Assembly: GCA_045536365.1 (NCBI GenBank)
Contig: JAZSNL010000020.1
Span: forward strand, 30,463-94,462
Direction: 5' to 3'
From: Bacilli bacterium
GTDB lineage: Bacteria > Bacillota_I > Bacilli_A > ML615J-28 > CAG-313
DNA: 64,000 nucleotides
The notes under the pieces are model-generated. The model searched no databases. It saw only the letters and a program-made list of their open reading frames with translations, and was not told the DNA's origin. Positions 49,626 through 59,342 of this stretch are shown here, piece by piece. The first letter of the stretch is position 1, and the number at the start of each line of letters is the position of its first letter. The translations under genes were made by a program, and so were the position numbers.

Positions 49626-50357
49626 TTAAATTATTTAGATAATCTTTACTTTGAAAATTATATCCTTAGTTTAAGTGATTTGATAGAAAAGAGTGAATTT
49701 AATAATGGTTTGATTATAAAACAAGATAAATTCTTTTTTTCAACCTCTACAGAAAATTCAATGTATGATTTCACTTTAAATATTTATGAGGCAAATTTAC
49801 AAGGCACGAATGTAAAAATGATTTTTTCCAAAGATGGGTATAAAACTCATCCTTGGGTCTATGCTATTGATGAAATGTTTTATGTGGAATTTTATTCAAA
49901 TAATGCTTTTGATTTAAAAAGTAAATTAATTGATAAATATACAATATCTACAAGAATTTATGAGAATGTTGCTAGTGGAGAGGATTGTTCTTTATCTGAC
50001 TATTTTCAAAGTGACTCTCAAAGTAGATACAGTATTGAAGTAGTAGAAAACATATCTCCTCAAGAACATGGTGAATTTATTATTACTGACTTAGAAAATG
50101 GAATAACTAATATTATAGATGATGATTACTTAAAAGATACGATTTATATTGAGTCTATGGAAAAATTTAATTATAGTCCAATGAGATTTGATATATCAAA
50201 TGACAAGATTTTATTAACATATGGAATAGGTGCAGGAGATGGATGGAATAATGCGCATTTGATATTTGAATATGATTTTAATTCGAATAAATTAAAATAT
50301 CAATTACTTGCATTTCCAGATGATTTGATGAATGTAAAAATTATATACATTGGTTAA
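49499..50357 (+). CDS. lipoprotein; putative immunity protein for cassette 3
   Basis: ATG 49499 6 nt after GGAGGA lying in the toxin's last codons; lipobox LLTSCG. Confidence 0.5.
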
Positions 50358-50807
50358 ATTTTAAATTCTCGTGTACTAATAAAAACCAAACAAAACTCAA
50401 AATATTTGACATTCAAGAGAAAAAGTAATAGAACCAAAGTTATTTTGGTAAAACAATTGCTTTTGATTTTTATAATATAGATGAAGTAATATTGTTTGAG
50501 AATATTATTAATTAATATTACTTTTAGGAGACACTTGGATACGAAGATGATTATTACAAACATAATTAATAATTTTGTAGACTAATATAAAAAATATCAT
50601 TATTAACAAGGGTGGAACTGAGTAATATCAGTTTCATCCTTTCTTACATTTAGTGGGAAAGAAGCGAAACCTAGGTATTCTAGTTGTCGCAATAGTCGAA
50701 AATGCAATTTGTTGCATTTTCCTTATCCTGCCTCTAAAATAAGCAAATTTTCAACACTTTTGAGTTAGATATTTAAATTTAATATTTTTGTTTTTAGTTG
50801 ATTAATT

Positions 50808-50836
50808 TTGTATTAATATAAAAAATGTGGTATAAT
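50808..50836 (+). promoter_or_regulatory. extended -10 promoter, followed by perfect 9-4-9 palindrome (50849..50870)
   Basis: TTGTAT-17-TGgTATAAT; palindrome TAATTATCC-ACAA-GGATAATTA lies just downstream of the predicted start. Confidence 0.45.
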
Positions 50837-50881
50837 CATTATGTGAAATAATTATCCACAAGGATAATTAAGATTATGACG

Positions 50882-50975
50882 TCGAGTAATGTCATTAGAA
50901 TGAGGATAGCTTATATTAGGTTTGGTAACCCTATGTTTTGGATTCCGGATTTAATTGTGAATGGAGGATTTTAAA
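50882..50975 (+). pseudogene. internally deleted remnant of a cassette-3-type toxin (only last ~25 codons retained)
   Basis: ...MRIAYIRFGNPMFWIPDLIVNGGF* matches the tail of 48851..49498; 5' junction fused directly to this tail. Confidence 0.55.
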
Positions 50976-51818
50976 TTGAAGAAGATATGCCTATTATTTT
51001 TAACAATATTAACTTTGCTTTTAACTTCTTGTAGATAAGATACAACGCAATTAGCAAAAGATGAGTTTTCGAAATATTATAATGGGAAAGACGAAGTTGT
51101 CTTAAATATTGAAGACAATCTTTATTTTGAAAATCATATTTTAGAGAGTGAAAGTTTAAAAAATTCATATGGTTCTATAGTTTTTCACGAAAACTTAATT
51201 TATTATGTATCAATTAATAGTTTAAAGAAAAAATATAGAAATGAATTTATAAACATTTATACCTGTGATTGCTATGGCGAAAATACAAATATTATTTATT
51301 CAAAAGAGATAAATACAAATAGTAATATTACATTAAAAACAAATAAAGACTCTTATTATATTGAATACAAAAAAGAAAAGTTGATTTATATTGATAAATA
51401 CACAATATCAACAGGAATTTACGAAAATATTGCTAGTGGCAAAGATTGTAGTCTATCTGATTATATGCCAAAAGAAGAACAAAGCAGATATAGTATTGAA
51501 GTAATAGAAAATATATCACCTCAAAAACACGGAAAATTTATTGTCACTGATTTAGAAACAGGTTTATCTAATATAATAGATGATGAATATTTAAGGAACA
51601 CAATATATATTGAGTCTATGGAGAAGTTTAATTATAGTCCTAAAAGAGTTGATATATCTAACGGACATATTTTATTAACATATGGAATAGGTGCAGGAGA
51701 TGGATGGAACTATCCACATTTAGTTTTTGAATATGATTTTGATTCAAATACATTGGAATACAAATTATTAGCATTTCCATTTGATAGCGTGCCTATAGAG
51801 ATTATCTATATTGGTTAA
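50976..51818 (+). pseudogene. paralog of immunity lipoprotein 49499..50357 inactivated by a single nonsense codon (TAA 51036..51038)
   Basis: LKKICLLFLTILTLLLTSCR*; frame then stays open to 51818 and is ~70 % identical in its C-half to imm-3 (ORF-track piece 51381..51818). Confidence 0.6.
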
Positions 51819-51961
51819 AAAGTCGATATTATAGAAACAGGATAAGAGTTGTGCTCAAATTTTGGGTACAACTCTGATTCCGCAAATGGGATACCCATTT
51901 CAAGTTTATAAGAATGAAGAAGCAATATTATCTATATATTTGTTAGTTAATATTTAAGGAT

Positions 51962-52070
51962 AACCAAGATTATGACGGCGAAACTCAGTTATTTTATTGC
52001 AACTCTAGATATTATTCGCCTGAATTATGCATATGGATTTACCATTTTCTCTGCGGGAGGCAATTTGGGT
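51962..52070 (+). repeat. fourth RHS core/toxin junction remnant (truncated after ~30 codons)
   Basis: GAAACTCAGTTATTTTATTGCAACTCTAGATATTATTCGCCTGAATTATGC = ETQLFYCNSRYYSPELC, then stop; same junction sequence as cassette 3. Confidence 0.55.
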
Positions 52071-52337
52071 AGAAAAGATTGGTATTTAGACGAGAGTAAA
52101 GAAAGATCGATATATTTTAGTGGTTTTAATTTAGAGGTTTCTATAGAAATATCAGAAGATATGAAAAGTGAAAAGGATTTGTTTAGTGTGGCTTGCAGTA
52201 TTTTTAAATTTGGATATGATGGAAAATTTATTGATTTTAACATAGCTTTAGGTCTTACACAAGAATATATTAATATTGATATTGTTGCTATTATTCGAGA
52301 GATAGAAGACGTTTTAAAAAATGGGAGAAGAGTATAA
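51972..52337 (+). CDS. hypothetical ORF (+1 frame relative to RHS remnant); possible orphan immunity/cargo gene or spurious
   Basis: 121-aa ORF overlapping the junction remnant in a different frame. Confidence 0.25.
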   Translation: MTAKLSYFIATLDIIRLNYAYGFTIFSAGGNLGRKDWYLDESKERSIYFSGFNLEVSIEISEDMKSEKDLFSVACSIFKFGYDGKFIDFNIALGLTQEYINIDIVAIIREIEDVLKNGRRV

Positions 52338-52655
52338 GTGGTAAATAATAAGGAAATAAGATTACGTATAGAACTAGGTATATTAAAAAAAAGATATTGC
52401 GCATTATGCGGGTTAAAACTTAACAGAAAAATTATATGTATAGATCAGATATATGTATATAGACCCTTTTGCCTACCTTTTTTAAAAGAGAAAAAAGCGA
52501 AGAGGATAGTTGTTACTCCGGTATATTATTGTAGAAAATGCAACTATATGATAGATTATGATTCGCAAAAAAAAATATCAATTAAACAAAAAGAGAGCAA
52601 TTCTTATATTTTGTTAGAAGGTAACAATTTAATTAAAAAATTAAAAATAAAATAA
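52338..52655 (+). CDS. Cys-rich (CxxC x2) small basic protein, island cargo
   Basis: CALCG...CRKCNY zinc-ribbon-like. Confidence 0.35.
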   Translation: MVNNKEIRLRIELGILKKRYCALCGLKLNRKIICIDQIYVYRPFCLPFLKEKKAKRIVVTPVYYCRKCNYMIDYDSQKKISIKQKESNSYILLEGNNLIKKLKIK

Positions 52656-52672
52656 TAAGAGGTGATAATATT

Positions 52673-52909
52673 ATGAACAAAAGAAAATATTCTATGATGG
52701 ATAAAGTTTTAAGTTATATTCTTCTGGTCTTAGCTATTTTTGGCTGCACGTTAGGATTGTTGATTGTGACATCTACCATAAAATTAGTTGATTCTTTTCC
52801 AATTTCATCTAGTCGGTTTGGTTTTTATTTGATAATAATTAGCTTGTTTTGTTTTATATATTCTATTATTATTATTGTTTTATCAAATAAACAATTAAAG
52901 CGCAAATAA
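52673..52909 (+). CDS. small 2-TM membrane protein
   Basis: 78 aa, AGAGGTG RBS. Confidence 0.35.
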   Translation: MNKRKYSMMDKVLSYILLVLAIFGCTLGLLIVTSTIKLVDSFPISSSRFGFYLIIISLFCFIYSIIIIVLSNKQLKRK

Positions 52910-53088
52910 AATTTTTAATAAGATGAGATTATGATGTTGACATATAAATTTATTGGTTATGATGTTCATAAAGTTTTTATTATTATGAATGTAACATAGG
53001 TATCTTATTAGTTATTAAAAACAAAAAGGTAATTTAGTAGGTATTACAAAATATAAAAAAGTGTTTAGTGAATATTCACTAAACACTT

Positions 53089-53937
53089 TTATTTTACTTT
53101 TATGATGCGGTGGTCTTCTATAATAATTAAACGTTTTTTGTATAGATTACCCACTGCTCTTTTGAAAGCACTTTTACTCATTTGAAAGTATTTTGATATT
53201 TCTTCTGGAGTTGAAGCATTACCAAGAGGTAATACTCCTCCCATTTTATCTAAATAATCTAATATTATTTGGCTATCGTCTAATCTTGCTACTTCTTTTT
53301 GTGCAATAGTAGTACCATAATAATATCCTTTTTCATTAATATGGTTAATGGTAAATTCGATTCTTTCACCTAAACGGTATTTTTTTCTGATTAAGCTTTT
53401 ATGAATAAAAACATAATTATAATCATCTGTGTAAATACCTAGTCCTTCACTGTTAATTTTAGATACAGTGCCTGATGATGATTCTCCTTTACTTAATTTA
53501 ATTATTTCTTTTATTTTGTCTTCATGATTAATAATTCTTGCGGTAAGTTGATCTGTTTTACTCTTTAATATACATGGTAATTTATCACCAACCATTGGCC
53601 ATGCTTTGCGGTAATTAGGTAAGTAATCTGCTGATAGTAATATATCTTTTGTAATACCAATATTAACAAATACTCCTGCGTCATTTATTCCGACTACTTC
53701 AACAAAACCATATTGATCGATAGTGATTAAAGGTTCTTCCATTGTTGCACAAAGTCTTTTCTTTTGATCATAGTATAAAAATGCTTTTATTTCTTCTCCC
53801 GGTGTTAGTTTTCTTGTTGCTTGATTGAAGTGTAAAAAGACATAGGTTGTTAATTCAGGATCTTTTGGACTTAAAGTATAACTGATATCAGTTTCTCTTT
53901 TTACAATAAATTCATTAACTGCACCGACTTTTAACAT
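53089..53937 (-). CDS. cvfB: CvfB/YitL-family S1-domain RNA-binding protein
   Basis: 282 aa; tandem S1-like domains and C-terminal winged helix (SKSAFKRAVGNLYKKRLI). Confidence 0.6.
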   Translation of the reverse strand: MLKVGAVNEFIVKRETDISYTLSPKDPELTTYVFLHFNQATRKLTPGEEIKAFLYYDQKKRLCATMEEPLITIDQYGFVEVVGINDAGVFVNIGITKDILLSADYLPNYRKAWPMVGDKLPCILKSKTDQLTARIINHEDKIKEIIKLSKGESSSGTVSKINSEGLGIYTDDYNYVFIHKSLIRKKYRLGERIEFTINHINEKGYYYGTTIAQKEVARLDDSQIILDYLDKMGGVLPLGNASTPEEISKYFQMSKSAFKRAVGNLYKKRLIIIEDHRIIKVK

Positions 53938-54039
53938 TTTATCACTACCTTTCTTTATAAATTAATTATATCAAAAAATAATAAATATTTCAATTATTAA
54001 AACAAAACTATTTGTATGTTACTTGCAATTATAGTTAAA

Positions 54040-54157
54040 ATATGGTATAATATATAGGATGTTGGAATTGTCCGATGTCATAACACAATATTCCGCTGGT
54101 ATCTAATAATTGTAGGATACGTATGAAAATTGGAAGATAATAAAGGAGTGTAAAAAA
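54040..54157 (+). promoter_or_regulatory. possible rplS (L19) autoregulatory leader
   Basis: structured GC-richer 5' UTR upstream of rplS, as in Firmicute L19 leaders; motif not verified. Confidence 0.25.
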
Positions 54158-54505
54158 ATGAGTCAACAATTAATTAAAGCGGTTACTCAATCTTACATGA
54201 GAAATGATATCCCTGAATTTAGAGCAGGTGATACAGTAAAAGTTCACGTAAGAATTAAAGAAGGCGACCGTGAAAGAATCCAAGTATTTGAAGGTTTAGT
54301 AATTGGCCGTCGTGGAGGAGGCATTAGCGAAACTTATACAGTTAGAAAAATGTCTTCAGGTGTTGGTGTTGAAAGAACATTCCCTGTTCATTCTCCAATG
54401 GTTGCAAAAATCGAAGTTACTCGTTTAGGTAAAGTTCGCCGTGCTAAGTTAGGTTATATCCGTAACTTATCTGCAAGAGCAGCTCGTATCAAAGAACGTC
54501 GATAA
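54158..54505 (+). CDS. rplS: 50S ribosomal protein L19
   Basis: Full-length L19 signature ([15 protein letters not shown]...[10 protein letters not shown]). Confidence 0.9.
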   Translation: MSQQLIKAVTQSYMRNDIPEFRAGDTVKVHVRIKEGDRERIQVFEGLVIGRRGGGISETYTVRKMSSGVGVERTFPVHSPMVAKIEVTRLGKVRRAKLGYIRNLSARAARIKERR

Positions 54506-54507
54506 TC

Positions 54508-54546
54508 AAAAAGCACTATGTTTTATACATAGTGCTTTTTTCTTTT
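54508..54546. terminator. bidirectional Rho-independent terminator
   Basis: AAAAGCACTATG-TTTTATA-CATAGTGCTTTT. Confidence 0.75.
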
Positions 54547-55710
54547 ACTTATAAAATAAATAATATACATAATTAATGATATTAATAATATGATACTAGC
54601 TACAATGAATATAGTAGGAGAACCTTTAGAATATATTAAACTACCTAGTAATGGACCTAAGACATTACCTATTGAAATAATAGTTTGTCTAGCTCCTGTT
54701 AATTTACCATTATTGTTATTATTAATATAATTAGATAATTCATTTTGTTCAAGAGGTGTTATTAAACCTTTGATAATAATATATATTAAATGAGTAGAAA
54801 ATAATAAATATAAAATATTAGTTTTAATTGAAAAAGTTACAAAAACTAATATTGAAGATATAAAAATAAAAATACTTAAACAATATCCTAGTTTATTACC
54901 TTTAATTCTTTTAATAAATGGAATTATTAATAAATTAGATACAGCACTAAAAATACCAGTAATTAAAACATAATGTCCTAAAATAGAAGCTTTAAAACCA
55001 ATATGAATAATATATGTATCCAAATACTTGTTTATTAATATTTGACCTATTGTTAAAATCATTAAAGATGCAAGTAATAAATATATTAAATAATTATTTT
55101 TTGTTTTTGAAGATTCATTAATAACAATATTTTTTTGATCATTATTATTTTTATATACATCCTTAATAAAAATCCCGAATAAAGTTGCAGTTAAAGTAGT
55201 AAAACAAACTTGGAAAATAAATATATTATCAATACTTAAACCGATAATATCTTTTAATAGTCCCCCTATTTCATAACCAACTGATGTTCCTAAAATATAA
55301 CAAGATGTAAGAATAGATAACATTTTTACTTTTGTCTCTTTATTTGAATAATCAATACATAAAGACACAAATAACGTAGAAGGAGCAGATATGAAAAATC
55401 CCGCAAGAAATCTAAATATTAAAATAATAAAAGGGATTGAGTTAATAAAACCAAAACCTATTTGTGATAAAGCATAGCCTATTAATCCTAATATAACTAA
55501 CCATTTTCTCCCTATCTTATCTGATAGAAATCCAAATAATATTGCCCCTACAACTTGACCTAGTGACATTAATGATGAGAAAAATCCAAAGTATTCATCG
55601 GGTAAATTAAGTAATGTTACATATTCAACTGTTATTGGGTGAACAATGTTAACTGATATTCCAAATAGAAAATATAGGATGAAGAAAATGAAAATTTTTT
55701 TATTGTTCAT
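54523..55710 (-). CDS. MFS transporter
   Basis: 395 aa, 12 TM, GFLSDKIGRKW motif A-like. Confidence 0.65.
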   Translation of the reverse strand: MNNKKIFIFFILYFLFGISVNIVHPITVEYVTLLNLPDEYFGFFSSLMSLGQVVGAILFGFLSDKIGRKWLVILGLIGYALSQIGFGFINSIPFIILIFRFLAGFFISAPSTLFVSLCIDYSNKETKVKMLSILTSCYILGTSVGYEIGGLLKDIIGLSIDNIFIFQVCFTTLTATLFGIFIKDVYKNNNDQKNIVINESSKTKNNYLIYLLLASLMILTIGQILINKYLDTYIIHIGFKASILGHYVLITGIFSAVSNLLIIPFIKRIKGNKLGYCLSIFIFISSILVFVTFSIKTNILYLLFSTHLIYIIIKGLITPLEQNELSNYINNNNNGKLTGARQTIISIGNVLGPLLGSLIYSKGSPTIFIVASIILLISLIMYIIYFISKRKKHYV

Positions 55711-55769
55711 AAAATCACCTTATTAAGTATATCATAAATAATAAAAAAAATTGAGTCATTGACTCAATT

Positions 55770-56618
55770 TTATTTTGCATTTCTTGGATATCTTGTTAAT
55801 CTTCTTGAATACATTCTAAGAGGTTTTCTGAAATTGAAAATTAATGTATGAGTTTTTAATCCTTGAATTATATAGAAAGCATTATAGAATATTGCAAGGA
55901 ATACAATATATATAAATAAGAATAATGGATAACTCATACCTAATGTATTTTGAACATCGTTACCTGGTCTAAAATACATCGGATCTGTTGAGATTTTTAA
56001 TACATAGATTTGTAAGAATGTATATCCCAAGATAACCAAGAAACAAATTAATTCTCGCAAAGCGCTTTTTTTAAGAGAACCATCATAATATTTAAAATCA
56101 GTAAATCTTAATGTTATCATACTAATTGATGTGATAAATAGTAATGAATGAGTTACAATTGAATAAATATTTTCAAATTGAAAATATTTATTACAGAATC
56201 CTGCTGCAGGATATGCGAAAAAGATAAGTACATTTAATATTGCAGATATTGCAGTGAAATTATAAAAGAATTTTTTATCTATTATTATTGATAAAATCAT
56301 ACACCAAACTGACATAGCACACCAAGGACGTGGTAAAAGATTCCACATTAAATGTTCTATTGCAAAATAGTCTCCTGATTTAGATAAGATTCCCTTTGCT
56401 ATATAGATGCCTCTTCTTGTAAGTTCAAAAAATAAAAGTCCGAATACTAATCCTCTAATTACCCAAAGTCTTGTTTTATAATCTTTATTTCTTAAAAAAG
56501 ATAATCCTATTGTTATTAAGATGCATAATACTAAAGTGATAATGTGGGCTGGCCCCCAAGCGCCGTCAATTTCTGGATTCACTGAAGATTCACTAAAAAT
56601 CCATTGATGAAATGTCAT
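55770..56618 (-). CDS. integral membrane protein (YwaF/TIGR02206-like)
   Basis: 282 aa multi-TM; paralog of next gene. Confidence 0.4.
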   Translation of the reverse strand: MTFHQWIFSESSVNPEIDGAWGPAHIITLVLCILITIGLSFLRNKDYKTRLWVIRGLVFGLLFFELTRRGIYIAKGILSKSGDYFAIEHLMWNLLPRPWCAMSVWCMILSIIIDKKFFYNFTAISAILNVLIFFAYPAAGFCNKYFQFENIYSIVTHSLLFITSISMITLRFTDFKYYDGSLKKSALRELICFLVILGYTFLQIYVLKISTDPMYFRPGNDVQNTLGMSYPLFLFIYIVFLAIFYNAFYIIQGLKTHTLIFNFRKPLRMYSRRLTRYPRNAK

Positions 56619-57562
56619 TTCTTTAATCCTCCTATAAAGTTTTTAGTTTTATTAAATAAATTAGTTACATCTGTTTTAAAGTTTTTATAATCAAAAATTA
56701 AAGATATCAAAAAACAAATTGGAGTTAATAATACATATGCAGGAACTAATAACCAAAACCAAGGCCAATGTTTAGCCTCACCCGCATGAGGTCCTACAGG
56801 TATAGTTTTAAAAATATTAGGACAGAATAGAGAAAGAAATCCTCCTATTGCGTCATCCTTTGAACTCCAAATGTATGAAGTGTTTTTGTAATTTACATTA
56901 ATAATATCATTTCCTCTTAAAGGAATAAAACCAAGTTCACTTTGGAAGATTTGATTTAACATTATAAACGCAAGAACCAACATTAAACAACCAGGAACTT
57001 TCCATACGTTTTTGTAACTGATCTTATGATGACCTAACATTACCATTAATAAAGGTACTACCCATAATAATGTATGATGGATATAGAATCTAATAATATC
57101 TAATGTATCAGTTAATTGATTAGGTTTTTCTAGAGGTTCCATTGGATACACCACCGCAATAGCACCACCTAAAATACCTAGAAAAAACATATAGTCTTTT
57201 GCTGTAGAATTTTTTCCAATATATATAAATACAAATAATAAAATATTTGCACCACATATATTAACAAACCATATATCACGATATAATCTATCAATATCAG
57301 TTGAATATGGAGGAAAATAACATTTTAAGAAGTGTAATATTAATCCAAAGATTAATAAAGAAAATAAAACTATTTTCTGGGTCTTAATGCTTTTTTTCCT
57401 TAATAAAAAATATAATCCTAAGAAAGTGCCGATAGAAGCGAATAACCAAAAGTAGTACCAAAAACCGGTTAACATTTTAATTTCCATAATACTTCTCCAT
57501 TTTACAAAATATAATAAAATTATATCATATTCATTTTGGATTAACAATATCACCTTTACCAT
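56615..57562 (-). CDS. integral membrane protein (YwaF/TIGR02206-like), tandem paralog
   Basis: 315 aa multi-TM; overlaps previous gene by 4 nt. Confidence 0.4.
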   Translation of the reverse strand: MVKVILLIQNEYDIILLYFVKWRSIMEIKMLTGFWYYFWLFASIGTFLGLYFLLRKKSIKTQKIVLFSLLIFGLILHFLKCYFPPYSTDIDRLYRDIWFVNICGANILLFVFIYIGKNSTAKDYMFFLGILGGAIAVVYPMEPLEKPNQLTDTLDIIRFYIHHTLLWVVPLLMVMLGHHKISYKNVWKVPGCLMLVLAFIMLNQIFQSELGFIPLRGNDIINVNYKNTSYIWSSKDDAIGGFLSLFCPNIFKTIPVGPHAGEAKHWPWFWLLVPAYVLLTPICFLISLIFDYKNFKTDVTNLFNKTKNFIGGLKK

Positions 57563-57582
57563 AATGCATATTTTAACTATTA

Positions 57583-57645
57583 GAATGCATATAATGAAAA
57601 TGGTGATTTTTATGAAGTATTATTTAGTTGGTGTAAAAGGCTAGG
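57583..57645 (+). pseudogene. partial duplicate of murC promoter/5' end
   Basis: GCATATAATG.AATGGTGATTTTTATGAAG...TATTTAGTTGGTGTAAAAGG matches 57951..58030 with an internal ~18-nt deletion, then stop (MKYYLVGVKG*). Confidence 0.5.
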
Positions 57646-57977
57646 GACTTCATGAATGTCTGGCATCATTTGATAATTATTTGTTTATATCGAATAAAAA
57701 AAGACTACATATAAGTGCAGTCAAATTATAAGTCTAAACTATTAGGATTTAATAAGAAATCAAGAATATTTATAAATGTCAAATATAAAGAAAGAAATCT
57801 AGTATTGAAAAATATAAAATGTTAACTTTTTCCGGAATACATTAAAAAATAATATTAATGTTATAGATAAAAATAGTTTACTAAATGTTAATGAATATTA
57901 ATTACATGAAAACTAAATATACAATTATAAAATAATTTTTATATTGCCATTTGCATATAATGTAATGGTGATTTTTT

Positions 57978-59249
57978 ATGAACAAACTTACTAGTAAGTT
58001 TTATTTAGTTGGTATAAAAGGAACAGGTATGTCGGCTCTTGCGGTATATTTAAAACAAGAAGGAAATATAGTTATAGGTAGTGATGTTAACAAAAGATAT
58101 TTTACTGATGCTAATTTAATTGAAAATAATATTAATATTTTAAATTATAATGGTGAAAATATTAATGGAGAATATATATATATAATAGGATTATCGATTA
58201 ATAAAGAAAACGTAGAGTTTAATGAAATATTAAAAAATAATTATGAATATTATTATTATAATGATTTTATAGGACAATTAAAAAGAGAAATGATTTGTGT
58301 AAGTGGAACTCATGGTAAGACAACAACAACTTCATTTTTATATCAATTAGGTGAAAATAATATATCAGCTATTATCGGAGATGGCACAGGTTATTCTAAT
58401 ATTAATAATAAATATGTTGTAATAGAGTCATGTGAATATAAAAATCATTTTTTAAAATATTATCCAATCCTTGGTGTTATTTTAAATATTGAATTGGATC
58501 ATCCTGATTTTTTTAAAAATATAAAAGATGTAATTAAAAGTTTTCAGTTGTTTAGTGATAACTGCAAAACTATTTTAGTTAATGGTGATGATATAAATAT
58601 TAAAAAAATAAAGCATTTTAAAAAAATTACGTTTGGATTCAATAAAGATAATGATTATGTTATTAAAATATTAGAGAAATACAAAGAAGGATATTTAATT
58701 AATATATCTGGCAAGGATTTAGATTTAAATTATATATCTTTACCCGGTATTCATAATATATATAATCTTGTAGGAGCAATTCTTTCTTTACATATATTAA
58801 ATATTAATATTCCAGTAAAAAAACTTGAATTTCCTAAAAGAAGAATGAATGAAGAATATATATATAATACTATTGTTATTGATGATTATGCTCATCATCC
58901 TACAGAAATTAAGAGTTTAATTTCTTCTGTTAAACAAAAGTATCCTGAGTATAAAACATATTGTATATTTCAAAGTCATACATATTCTAGGACACTTAAA
59001 TTTAAAAAAAAATTTAAAAAGGTTTTACAGTTAGTTGATGTTGTTTATATAAGAGATGTTTTTTCTTCTTCTAGAGAAAAAGTGAATATAAAAAAACAAA
59101 AAAGAATTAATAGGTATTTTAATACTTTTAAAAAATATCATTGTTCTATTTTTGATAATATAGATTATCATAATAAAAATGTAATAATGATAATAGGAGC
59201 TACACCAAGTGATGAAGTAATGAATGATATTAAACGGAAAAAGAGATAA
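57978..59249 (+). CDS. murC: UDP-N-acetylmuramate--L-alanine ligase (Mur ligase family)
   Basis: YLVGIKGTGMSALA N-terminus, GTHGKTTTTS P-loop, Mur ligase middle/C domains. Confidence 0.6.
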   Translation: MNKLTSKFYLVGIKGTGMSALAVYLKQEGNIVIGSDVNKRYFTDANLIENNINILNYNGENINGEYIYIIGLSINKENVEFNEILKNNYEYYYYNDFIGQLKREMICVSGTHGKTTTTSFLYQLGENNISAIIGDGTGYSNINNKYVVIESCEYKNHFLKYYPILGVILNIELDHPDFFKNIKDVIKSFQLFSDNCKTILVNGDDINIKKIKHFKKITFGFNKDNDYVIKILEKYKEGYLINISGKDLDLNYISLPGIHNIYNLVGAILSLHILNINIPVKKLEFPKRRMNEEYIYNTIVIDDYAHHPTEIKSLISSVKQKYPEYKTYCIFQSHTYSRTLKFKKKFKKVLQLVDVVYIRDVFSSSREKVNIKKQKRINRYFNTFKKYHCSIFDNIDYHNKNVIMIIGATPSDEVMNDIKRKKR

Positions 59250-59342
59250 TGAAAATGAAAATAATTTTTTCATTTTCATTGCCTCTTATTTTTTATTGTG
59301 GTATAATAAATATGTCTAATATTATGAAACGAGGTAATATAT

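Noticed and set aside
50354-51168. Minus-strand ORFs 50354..50563 and 50971..51168
   Set aside because: No RBS. The second is antisense to the immunity pseudogene copy.
52025-52243. 72-aa minus-strand ORF
   Set aside because: Antisense to the 51972..52337 ORF; no support.
38755-53000. Looked for integrase/transposase/tRNA or LXG/WXG (type VII) signatures at island borders
   Set aside because: None found. The toxin has a Sec signal peptide and YD repeats (WapA-type), not an LXG/T7SS effector. No mobile-element gene is evident.
59031-59279. 82-aa minus ORF at murC 3' end
   Set aside because: Antisense, low complexity.
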